DNA from: Campylobacterales bacterium
Lineage (GTDB): Bacteria; Campylobacterota; Campylobacteria; Campylobacterales; Sulfurimonadaceae
Assembly: GCA_038205935.1 (NCBI GenBank)
Contig: JBBRBK010000013.1
Span: forward strand, 1-41,098
Direction of reading: 5' to 3'
DNA: 41,098 bases
Shown here: positions 21,572 through 31,867 of the stretch, one piece after another
Position numbering within the stretch: the stretch's first letter is position 1
Layout: each line of letters opens with the position of its first letter
Position numbers and translations under genes: made by a program
The notes under the pieces: model-generated
Seen by the model: only the letters and a program-made list of their open reading frames with translations
Told to the model about the DNA's origin: nothing
The model's database searches: none

Positions 21572-21596
21572 CATGTAAGGATTTTTTCCTTACATG
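21572..21596 (+). terminator. hairpin after sorB, overlapping a TACATGTA copy
   Basis: CATGTAAGGA-TTTTT-TCCTTACATG, 10-bp perfect stem 16 nt after the stop codon. Confidence 0.65.
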
Positions 21597-21659
21597 CTCA
21601 TTTTAATTCCTTCATAATCTTTACTATCGTATAATCCGTCCAACATAAGGGTTTATTAT

Positions 21660-22778
21660 ATGCTTAATTTACAAAAGTTCAGACATGACAACTCTTCTTT
21701 AAGTGTATTTCATGTCGATTCTAGTGTAAAATGTCTAGAAAACTCTTCACTTTTTCTACATAAATTCTTTGATAATGTTACAACTTCAAGCGATGGGGCT
21801 GATGCATTGGAGATTTTAAAATTCACTCCATGTGATATTCTTATCACTGATATAGAATTTCCAAATATCAATGGAAGAAAGTTTATCCAAGAAGTAAAAA
21901 AAATATCTCCAAAAATACAGATTATCGTTATAACCGTACACGACTCCAAAGAGAATCTTTTAGAGTTACTCTCTTTAAATATTTTTAAACTTCTCACAAA
22001 ACCTATCCATGCCCCATCTCTTTTTCAGACACTCATCAGTGTAGTTTCTGAGATCAATAAACAGAAGTTAGCCATCTTATCCAAAGAAAAAGTAGATGAA
22101 GAGCTAGATGAAAAAAACTCTATGATTCAACTCTTAAAAAATTTAAAATCCTCTCGTGAACCAATACAATTACACAATTATTATAAGGGTCTTAGCATTA
22201 CAAACAACGCATACATCGAAGATATAGGTGATAATCACATCACGTTCAAGACAAATAATATGCAACAAAAGGCTATCCAATATGAATCCAAAACACTTGC
22301 TGTCTCAGAACTTTTAGGTTCCACTTTATTATGCAAAAATATTTTAAAACTAGAATTCAACAGTGAGCTTATCGAGTTTAAGGATTTTAGTCTCCAAAAA
22401 ACTTCTCCAATCACAAGAAAAACCGTCCGTGTTTCTGTCAATAATGAGCATACTGTTACGCTAAGCGTCAATGAACATCTATTTCAAGGTAACATATCCA
22501 TTAGTGATATCTCAGTTGATGCGGTAAAACTTAACTTAGACGCTCTTCCTGCCGGGCTTCATAAAGATGAAAATAGTATCAAGATAACTATCATAATAAA
22601 AAATGCGATGGAACTTCTTGAGCTGAGTGCATCCGCGAAATATTTAAGAGAAGATGAAAATGATTCAAGTTATAGTGTTGTTTTCTTACTAAACTTTGAA
22701 GTTGGACAAAGAAGTGCACTTATTAAATATATAGCAAAAAGACAGATGGAACTAATTCGCGAATTTAAAAGGTTGTAA
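21660..22778 (+). CDS. receiver-domain protein with C-terminal PilZ-like domain
   Basis: DILITDIEFP...IIVIT...LTKP receiver pattern; RKTVR...DISVDA PilZ-like motifs; TATAAT at 21630-21635. Confidence 0.75.
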   Translation: MLNLQKFRHDNSSLSVFHVDSSVKCLENSSLFLHKFFDNVTTSSDGADALEILKFTPCDILITDIEFPNINGRKFIQEVKKISPKIQIIVITVHDSKENLLELLSLNIFKLLTKPIHAPSLFQTLISVVSEINKQKLAILSKEKVDEELDEKNSMIQLLKNLKSSREPIQLHNYYKGLSITNNAYIEDIGDNHITFKTNNMQQKAIQYESKTLAVSELLGSTLLCKNILKLEFNSELIEFKDFSLQKTSPITRKTVRVSVNNEHTVTLSVNEHLFQGNISISDISVDAVKLNLDALPAGLHKDENSIKITIIIKNAMELLELSASAKYLREDENDSSYSVVFLLNFEVGQRSALIKYIAKRQMELIREFKRL

Positions 22779-22779
22779 T

Positions 22780-23538
22780 ATGGCAAATCAAGAAAAAATA
22801 TTGTTCGACAACGGAGTTCATAAGTTTATTATGTTTAGTTTTGATGATGAGTCGCACGAAGACTCTTATCTCTCTGTAAATCAATACCTTATAGTGCAAA
22901 ACGATACGGGAATTTTGATTGATCCAGGAAGCGAAGCAATCTTTGACGAACTCAGTGAAGCTGTGACAAAATATGTAGCACTTGAAAATATAAAATATAT
23001 CTTTTTGTCACATCAAGATCCAGATGTATCCGGTTCTATAACACAGTGGAGTGTCACAACTCCGGCAAAGTTTATACTCTCTTCTCTTTGGGTGAGATTT
23101 ATGAGTCACTATGGCTTTTTAGATATGGGTAGGATTATGGCTCTTCCAGATCATGGTGCAAAAGTACATTTTGGGGAAAACTTCATTCAATTTGTGCCTG
23201 CACATTTTCTCCATTCTCCCGGCAATTTTTCCCTCTATGATTCCGTTTCTAAAATCTTATTTTCAGGTGATATCGGCGCAGCAATAGTTCCTGCTATCGA
23301 TGAGTACAAACATGTTACTAACTTTGAAGATCACAAAAAACATCTTGAAGGATTTCATAAGAGATATATGGGTTCAAACAAACTCTGCCGCGCTTGGGTG
23401 GCGCATGTAGAACATCTTGATGTTCATATGATAGCACCACAACATGGACTTCTATTTGAGGGAGAAAATGTGCAACTCTTTTTAGATTGGCTTAAAGAAC
23501 TGGAATGTGGCAGTGACCTTATAACGGAGCTTTATTAA
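22780..23538 (+). CDS. metallo-beta-lactamase-fold di-iron protein (ODP-like, no flavodoxin domain)
   Basis: NQYL, IDPG, SHQDPDV, AHFLHSPG, FSGDIG and APQHG motifs; 252 aa. Confidence 0.85.
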   Translation: MANQEKILFDNGVHKFIMFSFDDESHEDSYLSVNQYLIVQNDTGILIDPGSEAIFDELSEAVTKYVALENIKYIFLSHQDPDVSGSITQWSVTTPAKFILSSLWVRFMSHYGFLDMGRIMALPDHGAKVHFGENFIQFVPAHFLHSPGNFSLYDSVSKILFSGDIGAAIVPAIDEYKHVTNFEDHKKHLEGFHKRYMGSNKLCRAWVAHVEHLDVHMIAPQHGLLFEGENVQLFLDWLKELECGSDLITELY

Positions 23539-23547
23539 GGCTCCATT

Positions 23548-24843
23548 TTAAAGCTGTGAAATCGCTTCGTACGCCACATCAAACATTTTATCTATCTCTG
23601 CATGTGTGATGATGTAAGGTGGCATAAAATAGATCGTAGAGCCTAGCGGTCTTAAAAGCACTCCGTTTTCAAGTCCATAACTATATACTTTCAACCCTAT
23701 TCTCTCACGCGGATCATAGCCTTCTAAGTCAAGCGCACAGATCATTCCCGTTTGTCGAATTGAAGCAACTTGTTTTAATTCTTGAAATTTTTGTAATTTT
23801 TCAAGCATATAAGCGGCAGTTTTTTTGTTATTTTCTATAACATTATTGTTTTGGAAAAGATCCAAAGTCGCATTTGCGGCCGCACAGGCGAGTGCATTTC
23901 CGGTATAACTGTGTGAGTGCAAAAATGCTTTTTGTTCACTATAGTCGCAGTAAAAACTGTTATAGATGGCATTAGTAGTTAAAACGACAGAAAGAGGAAG
24001 ATAGCCTCCAGTGAGTCCTTTTGAAAGAACCATAAAATCAGGTGAGATTTTGGCTTGCTCACATGCAAACATAGTCCCAGTTCTGCCAAAACCTACCATC
24101 ACTTCATCAGCAATAAGATGGACTCCATAACGCTTACATGTAACACTAACAAGAGATACGAACTCCGGATGATACATATGCATCCCTCCAGCTCCTTGAA
24201 CAAGTGGTTCAATGATAAGAGCGGATATTTCCCCTGCTCTTTGTTCACACAGCTCTTCAAACTTCTTTGCGGCTTCAACTGCGGCATCTTTACTTTGATC
24301 TCGCGGAACTTCAGTCTGAATAGAACGGATCAAAAGTGGCTCATAAGTTTGTTTATAAAGCTCTACATCTCCTACAGACAAAGCACCGATAGTTTCTCCG
24401 TGATAACTGTTTTTAAGTGAAACAAAAAGTGTTCGTTTTTCCCCATTGTTTTTATGTGCGTGATAGCTCATCTTCAGTGCAACTTCAATAGCGCTTGAAC
24501 CATTATCTGCATAAAAACATCGATTAAGTCCAGCAGGCGTCAACGCGACTAATCTTTTTGAAAGTTTTATAATTGGTTCATGTGTAAATCCAGCCAAAAT
24601 AACATGTTCCAAATTATCGAGCTGATCTTTAATTTTTTGATTAATATACTCGTTTGTATGTCCAAAAATATTTACCCACCAACTACTGATGGCATCAATA
24701 TATTTATTGCCTTCAAAATCTTCAAGATAAACTCCATGGGCTTTTTTAATCGGCACGATCGGCAAAAACTCATGATCTTTCATTTGTGTACACGGATGCC
24801 AAATATGTTCTAAATCCTGATGTGATAGTTCTTTGTTCTTCAT
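23548..24843 (-). CDS. bioA: adenosylmethionine--8-amino-7-oxononanoate transaminase
   Basis: IWHPCTQM, SSWW, YHGET, IADEV..GFGRTG, SKGLTGG and HSHSYTGN motifs. Confidence 0.96.
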   Translation of the reverse strand: MKNKELSHQDLEHIWHPCTQMKDHEFLPIVPIKKAHGVYLEDFEGNKYIDAISSWWVNIFGHTNEYINQKIKDQLDNLEHVILAGFTHEPIIKLSKRLVALTPAGLNRCFYADNGSSAIEVALKMSYHAHKNNGEKRTLFVSLKNSYHGETIGALSVGDVELYKQTYEPLLIRSIQTEVPRDQSKDAAVEAAKKFEELCEQRAGEISALIIEPLVQGAGGMHMYHPEFVSLVSVTCKRYGVHLIADEVMVGFGRTGTMFACEQAKISPDFMVLSKGLTGGYLPLSVVLTTNAIYNSFYCDYSEQKAFLHSHSYTGNALACAAANATLDLFQNNNVIENNKKTAAYMLEKLQKFQELKQVASIRQTGMICALDLEGYDPRERIGLKVYSYGLENGVLLRPLGSTIYFMPPYIITHAEIDKMFDVAYEAISQL

Positions 24844-24979
24844 AATCCAAATCCTCTTGTAAAATCATACCAAAACTACATAAAATCAAGATATTCATAC
24901 CATTTAGAGCCCTATTTTATACAGCTTTAATACGAAATATCATAAAATAAGTGAATTTTACAGATAAGGTATATTATTT

Positions 24980-26446
24980 ATGATTTCATGGATGCAAAAA
25001 CACCGTAAGTGGTTAGTTATAACAATTTGGATTTCAACAATCGCTTTCATTGGTGCTGGCGTTGTTGGTTGGGGACAATATAATTACGGAAAAAAAGCAA
25101 CTTCTGTAGCAAAAGTCGGAGATGTTGAAATTACAAATCAAGAGTTACAACAAAGTTATACAGAACTATATAACTACTTTAGCCAGATGATGCAAGGCAA
25201 GTTTGATGAGCAACAGGCAAAACAGTTTGGACTTCAAAAACAGGCTTTAAACCAGCTTTTAAACCAAGCCCTTATTTTAAATCTTGCAAACAGTTATAAC
25301 CTTAAAGTCAGCGATGAAGAACTTTTAAAAGTTATAACAGCACAAAAAGCATTTTTTACTAACGGTGTTTTTGACAAAGAACTTTATAAAACTCTTCTCT
25401 CAAGAAACAATCTTACGACTAAAGAGTATGAAAATGGATTAAAGAAAGAGTTGCTTATTTCAAAAACTCTTACTCTCTTTGCCCTCACGCCAACACCACT
25501 TGAAGAAAAATCTGTACAGACAGCTTTAAATGTAGCCGATAAACTGAGCTATAAAGTGTTAGACACATCTATGGTAAACGTCAATGCATCTGAAGAAAAT
25601 CTCAAAGCTCTTTGGGAAAGTAAAAAAGCCGCGTTTATGACTGAGGCTAGTTATGATGTTTCTTATGTCGTTCAGCCAGCAACTCACAAAGAGTACACAG
25701 CAACTGAACTTACAGATTATTATAATGCAAATAAAATGCAGTTTACCGATGCCAATGGCAATATTAAAACAGAGGCTGAGGCAAAAGAACAGATCATAAA
25801 CTTACTCAACCAAGATATTACAAAGAAAGAATCTTTAAAAACATATATTGCATTTAAAAAAGGTGAACTTGATAAAAGTATCCCTATTAAAAATGCTTTA
25901 GTGAACGGTTCGACTAACATTTTTAATCAAGATACACTAAAAGAGCTTGCGACGCTTACGCAGCAAAAAGCTTACATGAAACCAAAACTGATTAATAACG
26001 AGTTTGTTATCATTAAACTCAATAAAATTATCCCATCTGTACAAAAAAGTTTTGAAGAAGCAAAATCTCAAGTAGCAGCGCTGTTCATGGTAACGGCAAA
26101 AGAAGAAGCGCTTTTAAAAGTTGCTCAAAGTTCTGCTGCAACATTTAGTGGAACAAACACAGATTTTATAACAGTCAAAGACACAAAGGGAATGACTGGA
26201 TTAAACGCACAGGAGGAAGCAGAGTTCTTAGGTAAACTTTTTTCTGCTAACAAAAAACGCGGATTTGTTACACTTGATAACAAAAAGATCGTTCTTTTCA
26301 ATATTTTGGAACAAAAGTTGCTCAATGATTCTAAAGATAATGTAAACTCTCTTGTTTTAAAGTTTAAAACAGATTTACTAAATGAGAATTTGTTAAAGAT
26401 GTTAAGAAAACAATACAAAACTGAAATATTCGTGGAAGGACTATAA
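24980..26446 (+). CDS. membrane-anchored periplasmic chaperone (SurA-N/PpiD-like)
   Basis: MISWMQKH...WISTIAF anchor, VAKVGDVEIT, F..NGVFD..LY; conserved position upstream of ftsA. Confidence 0.85.
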   Translation: MISWMQKHRKWLVITIWISTIAFIGAGVVGWGQYNYGKKATSVAKVGDVEITNQELQQSYTELYNYFSQMMQGKFDEQQAKQFGLQKQALNQLLNQALILNLANSYNLKVSDEELLKVITAQKAFFTNGVFDKELYKTLLSRNNLTTKEYENGLKKELLISKTLTLFALTPTPLEEKSVQTALNVADKLSYKVLDTSMVNVNASEENLKALWESKKAAFMTEASYDVSYVVQPATHKEYTATELTDYYNANKMQFTDANGNIKTEAEAKEQIINLLNQDITKKESLKTYIAFKKGELDKSIPIKNALVNGSTNIFNQDTLKELATLTQQKAYMKPKLINNEFVIIKLNKIIPSVQKSFEEAKSQVAALFMVTAKEEALLKVAQSSAATFSGTNTDFITVKDTKGMTGLNAQEEAEFLGKLFSANKKRGFVTLDNKKIVLFNILEQKLLNDSKDNVNSLVLKFKTDLLNENLLKMLRKQYKTEIFVEGL

Positions 26447-26447
26447 C

Positions 26448-27848
26448 TTGAGCAAAACTGTTTTAGCCATAGACATCGGTTCAACGAAAGTTTGCGCAAT
26501 TATCGCTGAGATAAGTGATAATGGTAGCGACATCCAGATCACAGGCTCTGGAAAAGCTAAAGCACAAGGTGTAAGACGCGGTAGTATAACCAATATCGAA
26601 CTTGCATCAAAATCAATCAAAACTGCAATAGCTGACGCAAAACGTATGGCTGGCACAGATATTAAAAGTGCTGTCGTTTCTATCTCTGGAGCTTATACTA
26701 AGAGTTTAAACTCAAGCGGAATCGTCAACATTCCAAATAAAGAGATAACGATTAAAGAGATCAATCGTGTTATGCACACTGCTCTTTACAATGCAAATAT
26801 TCCAAATGAGTATGAAGTTCTTCACGCACTTCCATATAACTTCAAAGTTGATGAGCAAGATTATATAGAAGATCCACTTGGTATGACTGCAACAAGACTT
26901 GAAGTTGAAACGCATATCATAACAACACAAAAATCAAATCTTCATAATCTTAAAAAAGCTGTTAAAGCTGCTGGTGTAGAAGTTGAAAATGTTATTCTTT
27001 CAGGATACGCTTCAGCGATAGCTACTTTAAGCATTGACGAAAAAGAGCTTGGTGCAGCTGTTGTAGATATGGGAGGAAATACTTGTAATATAGTAATCCA
27101 TTCAGGAAACTCCATCAAATACAATGATTTCCTTGGAGTTGGTTCAAACCATATAACAAGCGATCTTTCTATGGCTTTACACACACCCCTCAATATTGCT
27201 GAAAAAGTAAAAATGAACTACGGCTCACTAAACACTCCAAGCAATGATCTTATCGAACTACCTATTATTGGTGATGAAAACTCAACCCATGAAGTTTCTT
27301 TAGAAGTTGTTCATAATGTTATCTATGCGAGAGTAGAAGAGACTTTAATGATCATCGCTCAGTCTATAGAAAAAAGTAGACTCAAAGAGCATCTTGGTGC
27401 TGGCATCGTCCTTACTGGTGGATTTAGTAATATGGAAGGCTTACGTGAACTTGCAGTTGCAATTTTTGATAATATGCCTGTTCGTATTGGTCAACCAAAT
27501 GAGATGGGTGGCCTTTTTTATGATGTAAAAGGTGGTGAATATGCAGCAGCTATAGGTCTTATAAAATATGCAGCTGACAATTACTCAACCTATGAAATTG
27601 ATGTCAATAAACGTATGAGACATCATGGAGAAGCTCCATTACAAGATATCGTTTTTGAGACAGCTTTGGAAGAGGCAATGGCAGAAGAGCCGATACCGGT
27701 AACTCCACAAAACAGCGAGCCAGAATCAAGACTCTCAAGTCTGTCAAAACTTGCAAAGTTACCAAAGATGTCACCTCAAAGAGAAAGAAAACCGAATGAA
27801 AACGGCGTAGTTTCCAAGTTTTGGAACTGGGCAACACAATTATTTTAA
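26448..27848 (+). CDS. ftsA: cell division protein FtsA
   Basis: TTG start; AIDIGSTK, VDMGG, AEKVK, VLTGG and C-terminal amphipathic FWNWATQLF. Confidence 0.97.
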   Translation: MSKTVLAIDIGSTKVCAIIAEISDNGSDIQITGSGKAKAQGVRRGSITNIELASKSIKTAIADAKRMAGTDIKSAVVSISGAYTKSLNSSGIVNIPNKEITIKEINRVMHTALYNANIPNEYEVLHALPYNFKVDEQDYIEDPLGMTATRLEVETHIITTQKSNLHNLKKAVKAAGVEVENVILSGYASAIATLSIDEKELGAAVVDMGGNTCNIVIHSGNSIKYNDFLGVGSNHITSDLSMALHTPLNIAEKVKMNYGSLNTPSNDLIELPIIGDENSTHEVSLEVVHNVIYARVEETLMIIAQSIEKSRLKEHLGAGIVLTGGFSNMEGLRELAVAIFDNMPVRIGQPNEMGGLFYDVKGGEYAAAIGLIKYAADNYSTYEIDVNKRMRHHGEAPLQDIVFETALEEAMAEEPIPVTPQNSEPESRLSSLSKLAKLPKMSPQRERKPNENGVVSKFWNWATQLF

Positions 27849-27874
27849 GCAATCAAACCAAAGGAGTGAACAAA

Positions 27875-28993
27875 ATGGATCCATTTTCAGTAGAAGAAAC
27901 AAGAGCAGCAAGCGGTGCTCGTATAGTAGCAGTAGGTGTTGGCGGCGGCGGCGGTAATATGATTGGTCATATGATTCGCGAAGGTGTTAGCGGTATTGAG
28001 ATGATCGTTGTTAATACAGATGCTCAAGTTCTTGAAGAATCAGGCGCTGCGAGAAAGATCCAAATCGGAACAAAACTCACTAAGGGTCTTGGTGCTGGTA
28101 TGAAGCCAGAAGTGGGCAAAGAGTCTGCTCTTGAAAACTATGATGAAATTCGTAGTGCACTTCAAGGTGCAGATATTGTTTTTGTCGCAGCAGGTCTTGG
28201 CGGTGGTACTGGTACAGGTGCAGCTCCTGTTATCGCACAGATCGCAAAAGAGATTGGTGCTCTTACTATCGCTATCGTTACAAAACCTTTTGCTTTTGAA
28301 GGCAAAAAACGTCTTAAACTTGCAGAAATTGGTTTGGATGAACTCAAACAAGAAAGTGATAGTATTGTTGTTATCCCTAACGATAAGCTATTGTCTATCA
28401 TTGACAAAAAACTTGGAATGAAAGACAGTTTCAAAATTGTTGACTCTGTTTTAGCACAAGCGGTTAGTGGGACATCAGGTGTTATCCTTTCAAGTGGCGC
28501 AAATGATATCAATCTTGACTTTGCTGACTTACAGACAGTTATGAGCCATAAAGGTATGGCACTTATGGGTGTGGGCGAGCATCAAGGGGAAAATGCTGCT
28601 TATGAAGCTATTAAAGCAGCTATCGAGTCTCCATTGCTTGACAATATGTCTATCAATGGTGCAATGGGTGTTCTTGTTCACTTTAGCATGCATCCAAACT
28701 TCTCTATGATAGAGCTTGCAAGTTCTATGGAAATCGTGCATGAAAGCGCTCATGAAGATGCAGAAGTTATCTTTGGTACATCTACAGATGATTCTCTTCC
28801 TGAAGATTATGTACGTATCACTTTAGTTGCTACAGGTTTTGAAAAAGATCTTAAAACAAATAATGCGAACTTTGAACCTGAAGTAAAATCAGTAGCTCCA
28901 AGAGCTGTTGTACGCCCTAGACTTGTTGTTGGTGGAGATATCGGAGATGATTATCTTGAAGTTCCAACATATATGAGAAGACAACAAGACTGA
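27875..28993 (+). CDS. ftsZ: cell division protein FtsZ
   Basis: GVGGGGGN, GLGGGTGTG, NLDFAD and C-terminal LEVPTYMR; ATG 27875 after AAGGAG. Confidence 0.98.
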   Translation: MDPFSVEETRAASGARIVAVGVGGGGGNMIGHMIREGVSGIEMIVVNTDAQVLEESGAARKIQIGTKLTKGLGAGMKPEVGKESALENYDEIRSALQGADIVFVAAGLGGGTGTGAAPVIAQIAKEIGALTIAIVTKPFAFEGKKRLKLAEIGLDELKQESDSIVVIPNDKLLSIIDKKLGMKDSFKIVDSVLAQAVSGTSGVILSSGANDINLDFADLQTVMSHKGMALMGVGEHQGENAAYEAIKAAIESPLLDNMSINGAMGVLVHFSMHPNFSMIELASSMEIVHESAHEDAEVIFGTSTDDSLPEDYVRITLVATGFEKDLKTNNANFEPEVKSVAPRAVVRPRLVVGGDIGDDYLEVPTYMRRQQD

Positions 28994-28999
28994 TCCACT

Positions 29000-29302
29000 T
29001 TGTCCTCCTTTGCAAAACTGATTAAGGCCAAAACACTCCTTGGCCTTAACGAAAAAGCTTCTCTCTTTGAAATAAAAACAAAATACAGAAATCTTATGAA
29101 AAAATGGCATCCTGATACAAACAAGGATGACTTTGAAACTGCCACAAAAATGAGCGCTCAGATCAATGAAGCGTATGAAACAGTTTTAGGCTATTGTAAC
29201 AGTTATGAGTATCCGTTTGATGAAGAGTATTTAAAGAAGATTTCTCTCTCCCCGCAAGAGTGGTGGGAAGAGAAGTTTGGAACAAAGAGAGATACTATTT
29301 AA
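29000..29302 (+). CDS. small J-domain (DnaJ-domain) protein
   Basis: KYR...KWHPD...INEAY J-domain; TTG start. Confidence 0.85.
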   Translation: MSSFAKLIKAKTLLGLNEKASLFEIKTKYRNLMKKWHPDTNKDDFETATKMSAQINEAYETVLGYCNSYEYPFDEEYLKKISLSPQEWWEEKFGTKRDTI

Positions 29303-29774
29303 GACGAAGTAGCATTAAACGTCTTACAAATAAAACTAACAGAGCAACTGCCAGTATCTTAAAATCTAGCTCACTCCCTACATGTAAAGCATCAAAAGTA
29401 TCACTAGCTGTCGCTTCTCTGCCCATAGCCTGAAGTTCTAAGATCTTTGGAACATACACAGCACTAAACATTAGTGAAGTAGCCACAATGAAAAATGCAG
29501 AGATCATAGCGATCTTATCTCTTTGTCCCGTTTTGTACATCGCTGCTTCATATAAAGCCACAAAAAAGGCAAGGAAATAAGTCACATAACTAAATCTCAA
29601 AAAGATCTCACTCATAATAACACCTGAGTTATAACGATCAATCAGTATATCTACATGTAAGCTATCTGTATGAAAGATCACAGCTGTCACGATGATACCT
29701 AAAACCATAACAGCTCCAAACGAAGCCGCAAGTAAAATCAAATAACTAAAATCAGCGTATATTTTTTTATTCAT
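29295..29774 (-). CDS. DUF4149-like integral membrane protein
   Basis: Four hydrophobic helices, F..LH..SE motif; follows prmC as in Campylobacter. Confidence 0.75.
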   Translation of the reverse strand: MNKKIYADFSYLILLAASFGAVMVLGIIVTAVIFHTDSLHVDILIDRYNSGVIMSEIFLRFSYVTYFLAFFVALYEAAMYKTGQRDKIAMISAFFIVATSLMFSAVYVPKILELQAMGREATASDTFDALHVGSELDFKILAVALLVLFVRRLMLLRLK

Positions 29775-30603
29775 TGTTTGCCTTTATTGTAAAACCTCTA
29801 TCAAAGCCACTAAAGTCTTTGTAGAAATCTATTACTTCAAAACTTTTCTCTTGTAAAAAGTTTCTTATTTTATCCTCTTGGTCATAACCCATTTCGCAAC
29901 TAAAATAGTTAATATCTCTTCTTAAAAACTCTATAAGAAGCTCTTGAATAATCTCATCTCCAACACTCCCACCAAACAGTGCATTTTGCGGTTCATAAGA
30001 AAGATTTGATTCTAACTCAACATCATCTGCAATATAAGGAGGATTGGAAACTAAAAAATCTATCTTTTCACTTATGGGTTCTAATAATGAACCCAGGCGT
30101 AATTCGATTCTATCCTCAAGTCCAAATCTTCTGATATTTTCTCTTGCAATTTTAAGAGCATCTATAGAGATATCAACAGCAATGAATTTTGCATTAGGAA
30201 GATGCTGTGCCAATACGATAGAGATAATGCCGCTTCCAACTCCAACCTCAGCAAAAGTTAGTATCTCCTCTTTATTTTTGACACGTTTTAGAACCTCATC
30301 GATTAAAAGTTCTGTCTCAGGTCTTGGAATAAGCGCGCCATAATTGATAAAAAAATCCTGCGAATAAAAGCTGACACGGTTGATGATATATTCCAAAGGT
30401 TCATTTTTTGCGCGTCTATGCGCCTGTTGTAAAAGTTGCTCTACATGTAAAGCAACATCATCTTTATGCATCATAAGCCATAACTCATCACATTTATATG
30501 CATTCATAAGTAAGAGCTGAACTTCACGAGCGGCTCTCTCTATTTTGCCATCCAAAACGACAACCAGCTCTTTTTGAAGATCTACTAATCTATACTCGGA
30601 CAT
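29767..30603 (-). CDS. prmC: peptide chain release factor N5-glutamine methyltransferase
   Basis: EPLEYI, LIPRPETE, GVGSG and SNPPY motifs. Confidence 0.95.
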   Translation of the reverse strand: MSEYRLVDLQKELVVVLDGKIERAAREVQLLLMNAYKCDELWLMMHKDDVALHVEQLLQQAHRRAKNEPLEYIINRVSFYSQDFFINYGALIPRPETELLIDEVLKRVKNKEEILTFAEVGVGSGIISIVLAQHLPNAKFIAVDISIDALKIARENIRRFGLEDRIELRLGSLLEPISEKIDFLVSNPPYIADDVELESNLSYEPQNALFGGSVGDEIIQELLIEFLRRDINYFSCEMGYDQEDKIRNFLQEKSFEVIDFYKDFSGFDRGFTIKANNE

Positions 30604-31841
30604 GCACCCTCTAAAGCTGTTTTATCGCTGTTAGATATATCCATCCCTAAGGCTTTTAGTCTCTCAACTACCGGCGGATGGGTATAGTGAAAAAAGATAT
30701 ATACAGGATGTGAAAGAGGAAAACTTTTGTTTTCAGTCACAAGTTTTTTTAAAGCGTTTGCAAGGAAGAGGTTACCACCTACTCCGCTGAGTTTAGCACC
30801 CATTTTATCTGCTTCGTATTCATTATGTCGGCTTACTATTCCCATGATCGGCATCATAACGAAGCCAAGAACCGGCATAAAAATCAAAAATAGTATCATC
30901 ACAATATATGGCGACTGGGAAACCCCGAGTTCAAGATATAAACTCTCAGAAAGATTTCCAAAAATAAAAAACATTCCAAAAAGCATCGCTCCCATCATCG
31001 CCATATTTTTATAAATATCACCATGAGCAAAGTGACCGAGTTCGTGACCTAACACGGCAAGCAGTTCTCTTTTTTCAAGCTTTTGAAGAAGTGTATCAAA
31101 CAAAACAACTCTTTTTGTTTTACCCAAACCACCAAAATATGCGTTCAGTCTTGCATCTCTTTTACTTGCATCGCTGATAAAAACTCCACTGCTTACAAAA
31201 CCGGTTGTATCCATTAGTGTTTGAATATCAGTTGCTAATTCTTTATCTTCAAGCGGTGTTAGCTTATCAAAGAAAACTGCTCTAATAGTAGGAAAAAGCA
31301 TATTTATCAAAACAATAACACCAAAGATAAATACAAAGCTCCAAAACCACCAGAGTGCGAATGTACTCATAATAAGATAGATGCCCCAAATAACCACTCC
31401 ACCGAAAACAACACTTAAAACAAGTGTGACTAAAGTATCTTTGATAAACTGTCCGACGGTGGATTTATTAAATCCAAACTTTTCATCAAGAGTAAACTTT
31501 TCATAGATTGAAAAAGGCAACGAAATTAAAGAGTTAATCAAAACAAAACCAAGGACGACTACAACGGTTCGAAGTGCGTCATCTTGCATAAAAATAGCAC
31601 TGCTCAAATATGTTATACCAAAAGAAAGCCACGCTAAGACGACAACATAATCAACGATAGTTCTTGCAATAGAAAGGCGCTCTTTAGCAACAGCATAATT
31701 TGCTGCCTTCATATAATCAACACTTCCCATCAAAACTGGAGTTTTTCTTTTTGCTTGTGAGATATATCCGATTTGCATAGTACTGACGTATAAGTTTATT
31801 AATACATAAAGAGAATACACTGTTATTAATGTCATAAGCAT
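30585..31841 (-). CDS. M48 family (Ste24-like) membrane zinc metalloprotease
   Basis: NAYFGG, HELGH (HExxH), EYEAD and THPP..ER motifs; multiple TM helices. Confidence 0.93.
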   Translation of the reverse strand: MLMTLITVYSLYVLINLYVSTMQIGYISQAKRKTPVLMGSVDYMKAANYAVAKERLSIARTIVDYVVVLAWLSFGITYLSSAIFMQDDALRTVVVVLGFVLINSLISLPFSIYEKFTLDEKFGFNKSTVGQFIKDTLVTLVLSVVFGGVVIWGIYLIMSTFALWWFWSFVFIFGVIVLINMLFPTIRAVFFDKLTPLEDKELATDIQTLMDTTGFVSSGVFISDASKRDARLNAYFGGLGKTKRVVLFDTLLQKLEKRELLAVLGHELGHFAHGDIYKNMAMMGAMLFGMFFIFGNLSESLYLELGVSQSPYIVMILFLIFMPVLGFVMMPIMGIVSRHNEYEADKMGAKLSGVGGNLFLANALKKLVTENKSFPLSHPVYIFFHYTHPPVVERLKALGMDISNSDKTALEGACPSID

Positions 31842-31867
31842 CTTATAAAACCTTTGTAAATATTAGT

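Noticed and set aside
27941..27955. GGC trinucleotide run in ftsZ
   Set aside because: It encodes the conserved GGGGGN loop and is not a contingency repeat.
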